DNA from: Myxococcota bacterium
GTDB lineage: Bacteria; Myxococcota; UBA4151
DNA: 42,925 nt
Direction of reading: 5' to 3'
NCBI GenBank assembly: GCA_040260805.1
Contig: JBDQPD010000018.1
Coordinates: 1 to 42,925 of the forward strand
The notes beneath the pieces were generated by a model. It had not been told where the DNA came from and made no database searches. It saw nothing but the letters and a program-made list of their open reading frames with translations. Position numbers and translations under genes: made by a program. This document shows, one piece after another, positions 36,701 through 42,925 of the stretch (position 1 is the first letter of the stretch; every line of letters starts with the position of its first letter).

Positions 36701-37786
36701 GTACTTGCGCTTTGCCAAGGTCAGGCGGGTCTCGATCAGCGAGTTGATCAACCCATCACGCTCACGACCCCAGGTCCCGAGCTGCACCTTTTTGAATTTG
36801 CCGTTCAAGCCGGTCATCACACGATGCTTTTGCTCGGACACCTCACACGCTGGAAGCTCCGCCTTCTTCTTGTCCTGGCGAAGCTTGATGTACTCCTGAG
36901 CTACAGCCTTCGACACCAAGCAGGTCTGCATGTCGGTCTGCTTGATCTCCGCAGCGACTTTATCGAGCTCGGCGGTCGCCTCAGCAACGATCTGCTCCAT
37001 GCCTGCGCACTTTGCGCTGCGACGCCCTTTATCATCTCGCTCACCGCAGCGGTCTAAACCGATGATCGCCTTACGGTAAGGGATGCCTTTGCCGTCTTTG
37101 GTGGTCAAAAGCGCTGCAGAATCGTCCGCATCGATCGGCCCCACAATATACTCGCTGATACGAGCTTTCGAGGCTTCCGTGACCTTATCAGACCATCCAG
37201 GGATCAAATCCAAAGTCGGCGACAGCTTGCCCGGACCCACAGTGGACAAGGACAAGGCGACCATCACAACCGACAACACCGCCACCGCAATGTCTGCGGA
37301 GCGCGCCATCGGGCGATCTTTGAGGAAGGACCGGACAGCGACCCCAGCCAGCATCAAGCCTGCGAACGCTAGAATCCAGGTGATGGCGGAGCCAGTAGCC
37401 ACGCCAACATCCATCCAGTTGCCAGTCTCAGAGGGGTACTCAAAGGTCTGAACCGAAAGAAAGTTACGGGTGACAGCGAAGCCGCCTACCAAAACCGCCA
37501 ACACGCCGACGACTAAACCACCGAGCATGCCCGCTTTGAAGTCGTTCGGGCGAGCGCCTCCGCCTGTCTTCGGCAGCTTACCGCCGCGCACACGGCCATC
37601 GACACCGAACGAATCCGTCAGGGTGATGTCGTCATCTAAAATACGCACTTCGTTGCGCTGGGGGTGCTCGCCCCAATAGGAGCGGAACTGCAACCAATCG
37701 GTGGTTCCGCTGGTGCGGTCGCCCTCAGACAAAGGCTTATTCAAGCCGTCTGCTGGCAACCCGTCGATGAACTTCTTATCGGCCAT
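33728..37786 (-). CDS. gltG: GltG-like inner-membrane transducer (AgmX/PglI TonB-C-like C-terminal domain) with a large polytopic N-terminal insertion
   Basis: TM with SLLLH, K-rich and G-rich linker, then GSLSKEEIARVIRRHLNQIKYCYEKEL..P.L.GK...F.I...G.V...CI......FP.P.GGG.V.VTYPF; lies between gltF and gltH. Confidence 0.85.
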   Translation of the reverse strand: MADKKFIDGLPADGLNKPLSEGDRTSGTTDWLQFRSYWGEHPQRNEVRILDDDITLTDSFGVDGRVRGGKLPKTGGGARPNDFKAGMLGGLVVGVLAVLVGGFAVTRNFLSVQTFEYPSETGNWMDVGVATGSAITWILAFAGLMLAGVAVRSFLKDRPMARSADIAVAVLSVVMVALSLSTVGPGKLSPTLDLIPGWSDKVTEASKARISEYIVGPIDADDSAALLTTKDGKGIPYRKAIIGLDRCGERDDKGRRSAKCAGMEQIVAEATAELDKVAAEIKQTDMQTCLVSKAVAQEYIKLRQDKKKAELPACEVSEQKHRVMTGLNGKFKKVQLGTWGRERDGLINSLIETRLTLAKRKYALEAAKALKAKAEHEVAEDAVSKIRKAWRTAAEGAFASTDNKSTTAVGYDGGVLCRWVQPSEDAIKAAKKERKPKPEPTASCGKAKRSHAEFKAYTSEAEYQKFKVSYGALTEKLMDRPADPNAKKKAVDPNKPVIPTLLVGDQRSIQIVGLDVAEGLELGAKDQKLLVDGVTRRMNEQKGRVFSAVVSGEMGVPANVRPFFFIESKQWGKAMGKAEKAKKSSGELGITCEEDENDKKGNWICKRPEYGESLKGAGADLVALMRLFKHETNGLTLGLRIIDKKDGVSLYKDGNAIADLKKIGKDAGPLFDRVVLAWAMKEQRLADERARTAVSQEVMRLRDRVSQSQSDNGRIEGAYNHIASTLLPFISGAAKDLTAIVADQGAATATSPTGQYKIERNNGYGWVGMALVLCLLALGVNFGTREVSGKDLAKVGAGGQIDLSGVDLARAAVWDGDSVLTGDGLGDRRSGNGLTLRSGEVVAFRYGGAAYTVRYISNSLDTPPGEFQEEIPTAEMLADVHPDFTPNPTIAAGLMEKDLADADKPQPQSKQLQVQLFWGHDLFDTFAFKMDQKVVEIGATPKADISISHSVFGDETAHYHLADNDGNQHELNVPNGANFEAHIDGKVMDMEALRGAGRLSGNKFRLNDNEVAAMKVGAITLVFRYVKEHKLPVVPMADRLDWLFANIATISLLLHIAFIIILMLTPADPSRLSEDLFKNPNRFVKLILKEPEKKEKKKEKLDLSGAKDGGKHKDKEGKFGKKDKPKKDALASKKGAPTVDPNKRERDRKIAFKAGLLGLTGAATAVSNVFGPGGLGTGINNALGGLKGSEFGDAGGAGGLGYRGTGGGGGGNALGIGGLGSGTGRGTGGAGSIDLGGRGKGTTRIIPGRTVIKGSLSKEEIARVIRRHLNQIKYCYEKELTKKPNLRGKITSRFIIAGTGRVQMAKVYQTTMGYAPTEKCIVRIIKMMRFPQPRGGGIVSVTYPFMFQKAGR

Positions 37787-37808
37787 CTTTGGTCTCTTAC
37801 CTCGTACA

Positions 37809-37835
37809 GCGCCGCTACTGATCAGGTCGCGGCGC
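37809..37835. other. Intergenic stem-loop GCGCCGC..CTGATCAG..GCGGCGC between gltF and gltG
   Basis: 7-bp perfect outer stem with an inner 8-bp palindrome; no U-tract. Confidence 0.45.
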
Positions 37836-37878
37836 CTTCCTGTTTAGTGCTCAAATCACCCCTACAGGGATGTTCAAA

Positions 37879-38145
37879 TCAAATATTGTCTACACTGTCC
37901 GAGAGCTTATCGCGGAAGTTCGCCCGAACTTTGATAAAGTTCTTGAACTTGATGTTCTTGCGGACGCCCACATAAGCGCCCTCGGGCTTCGTCAACTCAC
38001 CCGAAATATTAACATCCGAGAAGTCGATCGAGGTCTTCTTTCGATAAGAGACCTTGTCTTCTTCTTGAACGCTGTCCTGAGCGACCGCTGGAGCGGCTGC
38101 GAAAAGGATCGAAAATGCAAGCATTTTCAGAGTCTTAGCAATCAT
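37879..38145 (-). CDS. gltF: Gliding motility protein GltF/CglF
   Basis: Start ATG 38145 after AAGGGG. AQD..QEEDK..YRKKT.IDF.DV...GELTKPEG.Y...K...F...IKVR.NF is the CglF signature. Confidence 0.93.
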   Translation of the reverse strand: MIAKTLKMLAFSILFAAAPAVAQDSVQEEDKVSYRKKTSIDFSDVNISGELTKPEGAYVGVRKNIKFKNFIKVRANFRDKLSDSVDNI

Positions 38146-38174
38146 CTTTATCCCCTTTAGCCTCGGCGGCTGCA

Positions 38175-38204
38175 ACTCTACACAGGTTGCCTGTCACCTG
38201 ACAA
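38175..38204 (-). promoter_or_regulatory. Putative internal promoter for gltF-gltG-gltH (TTGTCA-18-TAGAGT) with a TGTCA-CC-TGACA palindrome over the -35
   Basis: Near-consensus hexamers in the 133-bp gltE-gltF gap; dyad at 38192-38203. Confidence 0.45.
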
Positions 38205-38278
38205 GCAGCCCCACTGTATTGTGCATGCCTTATGAGGCTCCTTCCATCCGTTGTTTCACCGAGTCGCTCTTTCGCAGC

Positions 38279-39493
38279 TCAGCCGTCGCCAAACTCTTTG
38301 AGCATCTGAATTTGCTCTTTGAGTTCTGCCACCTTTTTAATAATCGCGTGGTCTTTACCTAGACGGCCACTGCCACCCTTCAAACCAATCCACTTCTCAT
38401 ACAAGGACACGGCGATCTCGAGTTTCGAGAGCTGCCGCTCCTGCACCACCGCCAACGCCAGCATGACCCGAGCGTTCTTAGGCTGGAGCTTGAGGACCTT
38501 TTCAAAAGTCTTCACAGCTTCCTTGGCTTCTAGTTTACCCGCCTGAGCATGGCCCACGGCTTCGAGCGCTTCTAGGTGACTTGGCTCCTGCTTGAGCACG
38601 TTACCGTAATGCTTGCGGGCTCGAGCGAAATCTCGATAGCGCAGCGCAATCGCACCGATGTTCAAATGGGCGGAGAGCTGTTTTGAGTCCAGCTCTACCG
38701 CTTTTTCAAAGTTGACCAGCGCTCGAGCTAAATCACCGCGCTCAATCCAGATCATACCCAGGTTGTTGTAAAGCGGCGAGTGCTCTTTAGTTGGCTTGAG
38801 CTTGGCAGTTTTGAGCTTATCAAAGACCAGCGCAGTGACGCTCTCAGCGCGTGCCAGCATCTTCTTCTTTGATGCGCCCTTCGACGTCTGCCCCTTGGCG
38901 AAATAGATCATCGAGAGGTTCATGTAAGCGGACACCGAGTCCGGATGACGACTAAGCAGCTTACGGATCGTCTTTTCAGCCTGCTTCACCTTATCTTGGA
39001 GTCGGTAAAAGACCACCAGGTTGGCTAAAATATCCTCGTTGAACTCATCTTTCTTCGCGAGCCCCTCAAGCAGCTTGGTGCCATTTGCGACGTCCTTGCC
39101 CTTATTGCGGCGACGCATCAGGTCTGCGTGCGCTAGCGTGAGCGCTAGCCGGTCCGGGCTTGCCTTGCGGAGCTTGACGAACAACGCGTCAGCCTCTGTG
39201 TAATCGCCCAAGTTGAGGAGCGCATACGCCAGCGCTTCTTCAAGCGCCGCATCACCAGGGGCAGCCTTGAGCGCTAAACGAGCTTTGTCGCGAGCCTCGC
39301 CGTACTTGCGCGCCTTCAAGGCAGCCAAAGCTTCGCCGTAAGCACGTTTTCGAGCTGCAGCTTCGGCGGCTTCTTTTTCCCTACGCAGACGCTCTGCCTT
39401 AGCGGCAGGGTCTTCATTGACGACCTGAGCCGGCGTCGAGGAACAACCCTGCGCCAACGCGACCACCAAAATCCAGATCAGATGCTTTTTCAT
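38279..39493 (-). CDS. gltE: TPR lipoprotein GltE/AglT-like
   Basis: LAQG-C lipobox; TPRs (LYNNLG, AHLNIGAIALRYRDF); lies between gltD and gltF. Confidence 0.82.
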   Translation of the reverse strand: MKKHLIWILVVALAQGCSSTPAQVVNEDPAAKAERLRREKEAAEAAARKRAYGEALAALKARKYGEARDKARLALKAAPGDAALEEALAYALLNLGDYTEADALFVKLRKASPDRLALTLAHADLMRRRNKGKDVANGTKLLEGLAKKDEFNEDILANLVVFYRLQDKVKQAEKTIRKLLSRHPDSVSAYMNLSMIYFAKGQTSKGASKKKMLARAESVTALVFDKLKTAKLKPTKEHSPLYNNLGMIWIERGDLARALVNFEKAVELDSKQLSAHLNIGAIALRYRDFARARKHYGNVLKQEPSHLEALEAVGHAQAGKLEAKEAVKTFEKVLKLQPKNARVMLALAVVQERQLSKLEIAVSLYEKWIGLKGGSGRLGKDHAIIKKVAELKEQIQMLKEFGDG

Positions 39494-39500
39494 GATCGGA

Positions 39501-42500
39501 TCACTCCCCTAGCGCAAACGACTCGGAGGCATGGAAAGGCATTTCCACAATCTCCGGGAACTCGTTCGCTTTGAATCGCTTGAGCGCCTCTTGGGCATCA
39601 AGCGTCGCCTTGTTGTATACCCCGACCTCAAAGCTCTTGGCGCGTGCTTTCTCAAGCCACTCGATCGCCTTTTGCTCGTTCGGGAAGATCAGATTTTCCA
39701 AGCCAGCTCGATAGATTTCAAGCTGATCCAAGGTCAGGCCCTTGGGATCTGGACTGTTTCGGATCGAATCAGCGAAGCTAGCGAACGCCAAGCCGATGCG
39801 AGTGAGCGATGCCACCGCTGTTTCCGGGTCACCCAACAAAATGACCGAACCGTACGCTTTAGCGACCTCCTCAAGTTTCTTTTTCTTGTCCTTGAGTTGT
39901 TGCGCCATCTTCTCTTGCTTGCGGCTCTTAATCTCCATCTTGTTGTAGCTCACAAAGAGACCATCGAGAGCTCGGTACTGCGCGTAACCAATGGCACGGC
40001 GCACGGCAGCGTTCCCCCGGGTCGGGTCGTCTTTTTTGAGCTTCTTGTAGCGCGACTTGATTCGAGTACGAATCAGGTTAATGTCCTTCGCCGTGCGCTT
40101 GCTCGCCTCCCAGATCATCGCCGTACGATATAAGGCATCGAAGCTACGAGTTTCCGGAGCATGGTCACCGTACTCTGCAGGGTAAGCATAGAACATCTTA
40201 GCAGCCTTCTCATCTTCGCCGGCTGTTTCATAGCTCAGGGCTAGCTGCCAGGTGGCGTTGGCGATGTCCTTCTTACGTTTCTTGACCTTGCCGAACTTCT
40301 TCATGAAGGCGCTGCGAAGCTCGATCACTTTATCCGTCTCGCCATTGGCACGTCGGAAAAGCAGCGCATTCCAGAGGGCATCAGCTAAGTCACCATCGCC
40401 GTCTATGCTGTCTTCTTCATACTTGGTGTAGTACGACTCGAAGTAATCTGCAGCGCGCTTGAAGTCAGCCAAACGGACATACAGCCCTGGCAACGCCCAA
40501 CGAATTTTCTCTTCGTATTTGAGGAAGTCTTCTTCCTTCTGCTTACGATCGATCTTGGGCAACTTGGCGATGCGATCCCAGGTCTTATCAGCTGGGAACT
40601 TCGACAACATCATCTCGCCCACCTGGATCGCGCGGTCGATCTTCTCCGCCTTGTCGTAGATCATCATGGCGTTGGTCAGCGAGATCGGCGTGAACTGCGA
40701 TTTCGGGAATTCTTTCTTGAACCCTAAGAAGCGCTCTGCGACCGCAGCGAACATCTTTTGAGCCTCTGCCTGACCCGCAACATTCTTCTTCTCGTTGGCG
40801 CGCTTGTCGCTCGACTGTGCCTTGCTGTGCTCAGCCATGATCAGCTGGAAGGTCGCACCTTCAACATACTTCGCAACCGCAGTTGAGAACTTCTTGTTTC
40901 TCATCAGGTACTTGTTGGTTTTGAACTCACGGCCGTAGCGATTGAGCAGGTCGTATTGCTCACGAACCGCAAACGAATCGAGCGTTGCTTCCGCACCAAA
41001 CGCCGCAAACTTGTTGTCGGGCCAGCGCTTGATCAGCTCGGCGTAACGTTTGGCGCCTTCCTCGAAGTGGAAGTACTTGTGGAAGATCGAAGCCGCTTTG
41101 AACTTCACTTCGATGAGCGTCTTCTCCATCTTCTTGTCTTTCGAGTCACCATACGCCTTATCCGTGTAGCGATCACAGGCTTCTGCAAGCTTGACTTCAT
41201 CCGCAGGGATCTTCTTCGGCGTGTAATACTCTTTGCCACGAGTCTTTTGAATCTTGGCGACCTTGGTCTTGTCGGTCTTGGCGATCTTTTTCTTCTTGCG
41301 ACCTTTGCGCTCAACGATCCGAGCAGAGTCAGGAAGCCGGATCGGCTTGACGCCCTTGACGATGAACTCCCAGCAGAGGATCGCAGCATAACCTGCGTTC
41401 TTGGCGTAGGCGCCCTTAGCGTCATCATCGACCACGAAGTCGTACTGCTCAGCGGCGAGGCGGAACTCTTTTAGATCATAGAGAATCTCAGCGTAGAAGT
41501 AGCGAAGCCGATAAGCCTGATCACAGGTCTCATATTTGCCGCAGACTTCCTTCTCGGAGAAGTTGTCGAGGTACTTTTTGTAGATATCACGAGCTAACCG
41601 ATAGGTGCCTGCACGCTTGGTTTTCTGAGCTTCCGAGTGGAAGTCCGTGACCAGCTGGCGCATATAGCCTTCCGTGTATTCGAAGGCACGCTCGATCGCA
41701 TCCGTCGCCTGCTCGGTCCCCATTTTGGAGACCTTCTTCGACCACAGCGAGGTCGGCTTGTACATGTCGACCAATCGGTTCGCTTCAACCCGAACCTTCT
41801 CGCGCTTGTTGAGCTTCTTGAACGCCTTGACGATGTTCGACTGATACATCGGTGCGTCCAAGTGATAAGGGTACTTCTTGATCATGAAACGATAGGTACG
41901 AACCGCTAGGTCGTACTTACCCTGACTCATGTACAAGGCACCCAAACGTGAGGTCTGGCGCTTCGCCCATTTCTCATCACGCACCTTCTTCAGATACGCG
42001 TACACGGCGTCCACCTCGTCAAGATGACTAAAGGCGATGACAATATCCGAAGCGGCTTCATCACCAAGCTGGATCGCATCTTGGTTCGAACCCGATTCCG
42101 CCGAACGCTTGATCACCGCTTTGAAGCGACGAACCGAGTCCGCGTACTGACCTGCGTTGTAGTCACACCATGCCAGCTTGTACGTGGCGAAGGTGATGAC
42201 CTTTTCTTTCTTGGTCCTGAGCGCTCGCACAAAGGCTTTACGAGCCTTTTGAAGGCGGTTGTTGTTGAAGAAGTGCTCGCCCAGCGCCAGGTAGGCATCC
42301 GCCGCATATTCGCTCTTGGGGAACTTCTTCACCAACTCGACGTACTTACGCACGGCGCTCGTCTTCTTATTCGCTTCGTAGAGATTGTACGCCATCACGT
42401 ACAGCACCTGATCTCGACGCGGATACCGAGGATACGATTTCAGCAAGATCGAGTAGTTCTTCAGCGCCTGCTTCTTAAAGGCGTCAGCTTTTGGCGTCTT

Positions 42501-42925
42501 AAGCTTAGGTTTCTTCTTCTCGTCCCCACCCGCTTCATACCAAGCCTGCAGCTTACGATCGAAGGCTGCGTACTCTTGGCGGTAGAAGAACTGCTGGGTA
42601 TTCCAGAAGAGCTCGGCCAACTGGAAGATGAGATCAGCTTTCTCGGGCCCCTTCAAACGCGGCAAGGTTTTGCGGATCTTTTTGATCACGTCCCCACGTT
42701 TGATCTGAGCGCGCTTCGAAAAGTCGCTCATCTTGGAATCGACCGCGGAGGTTAGTTTAACCTTCTTGGACGGGCCTTTATTTTTTGCCTCTTCCAGAGC
42801 CGCCGCCTCGCGCTCGGCGATCTTGCTTCGACGCGCCTTTTTGGATTTCGACTTGGCTTTAGAGACTTTGGCGTTAGCCTTTTGCGCCTGAGCCGTATGC
42901 GTCGGCAGCACAAGAAGGCCCGGCA
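39501..42925 (-). CDS. gltD: Large TPR protein GltD/AgmU-like; 5' end beyond the window
   Basis: KADLIFQLAELFW, YP.YPR.D.VLY, DAYLALGEHFF, YKLAWCDYN, RYFYAEILY, C-terminal P.P.GL..DQ.EIYR..L...E.KA...A..KS.E.GVYN. The frame stays open past 42911 (…PGLLVLPTHTAQA is a signal-peptide tail). Confidence 0.88.
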   Translation of the reverse strand, partial: PGLLVLPTHTAQAQKANAKVSKAKSKSKKARRSKIAEREAAALEEAKNKGPSKKVKLTSAVDSKMSDFSKRAQIKRGDVIKKIRKTLPRLKGPEKADLIFQLAELFWNTQQFFYRQEYAAFDRKLQAWYEAGGDEKKKPKLKTPKADAFKKQALKNYSILLKSYPRYPRRDQVLYVMAYNLYEANKKTSAVRKYVELVKKFPKSEYAADAYLALGEHFFNNNRLQKARKAFVRALRTKKEKVITFATYKLAWCDYNAGQYADSVRRFKAVIKRSAESGSNQDAIQLGDEAASDIVIAFSHLDEVDAVYAYLKKVRDEKWAKRQTSRLGALYMSQGKYDLAVRTYRFMIKKYPYHLDAPMYQSNIVKAFKKLNKREKVRVEANRLVDMYKPTSLWSKKVSKMGTEQATDAIERAFEYTEGYMRQLVTDFHSEAQKTKRAGTYRLARDIYKKYLDNFSEKEVCGKYETCDQAYRLRYFYAEILYDLKEFRLAAEQYDFVVDDDAKGAYAKNAGYAAILCWEFIVKGVKPIRLPDSARIVERKGRKKKKIAKTDKTKVAKIQKTRGKEYYTPKKIPADEVKLAEACDRYTDKAYGDSKDKKMEKTLIEVKFKAASIFHKYFHFEEGAKRYAELIKRWPDNKFAAFGAEATLDSFAVREQYDLLNRYGREFKTNKYLMRNKKFSTAVAKYVEGATFQLIMAEHSKAQSSDKRANEKKNVAGQAEAQKMFAAVAERFLGFKKEFPKSQFTPISLTNAMMIYDKAEKIDRAIQVGEMMLSKFPADKTWDRIAKLPKIDRKQKEEDFLKYEEKIRWALPGLYVRLADFKRAADYFESYYTKYEEDSIDGDGDLADALWNALLFRRANGETDKVIELRSAFMKKFGKVKKRKKDIANATWQLALSYETAGEDEKAAKMFYAYPAEYGDHAPETRSFDALYRTAMIWEASKRTAKDINLIRTRIKSRYKKLKKDDPTRGNAAVRRAIGYAQYRALDGLFVSYNKMEIKSRKQEKMAQQLKDKKKKLEEVAKAYGSVILLGDPETAVASLTRIGLAFASFADSIRNSPDPKGLTLDQLEIYRAGLENLIFPNEQKAIEWLEKARAKSFEVGVYNKATLDAQEALKRFKANEFPEIVEMPFHASESFALGE

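Noticed and set aside
1..42925. tRNA/rRNA genes, IS elements, prophage, defence systems
   Set aside because: All intergenic gaps are under ~150 bp and none shows a cloverleaf, terminal IRs, or transposase, integrase or phage genes.

Overview
A gene-dense, GC-rich window that looks myxobacterial (Myxococcota-like; inferred from gene content). (1) 1-13 kb: a tandem array of four minus-strand lipoprotein genes built from 19 to at least 26 Myxococcus Cys-rich (DUF4215-type, CGDG..E.CDDGN..D.C...C) repeats. They share the motif QVVVRET[PQ]AACGNG after the lipobox. The three complete copies end in different ALK/LTK-like glycine-rich tip domains. The first copy (1..2678) runs off the window and is missing from the ORF track. 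A MAPEG/TIGR02450 gene pair interrupts the array. (2) 13-17 kb: purS-purQ-purL coupled to an M50 site-2 protease. (3) 17-25.5 kb: a lipoprotein, a polybasic exported protein coupled to a fifth Cys-repeat lipoprotein with a 7-blade RCC1 tip, then dusB, xdhC, a mocA-like gene and a Bacillus-type ispH. (4) 25.5-33 kb: small Cys-rich lipoproteins including a CglC/GltK-like protein, DUF192, a mini-zincin, a TPR-SLT lytic transglycosylase, an OM beta-barrel and a biotin carboxylase. (5) 33-43 kb: the G1 gliding cluster gltD-gltE-gltF-gltG-gltH. Its GltG is 1352 aa and carries a ~730-aa insertion with four TM helices and a periplasmic domain, apparently inside a split N-terminal cytoplasmic domain. 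The best candidates for undescribed biology are the polymorphic stalk-plus-tip lipoprotein family and the giant polytopic GltG. No rRNA, tRNA, CRISPR or mobile element was seen. All family assignments come from motif recognition by eye; no database searches were run.
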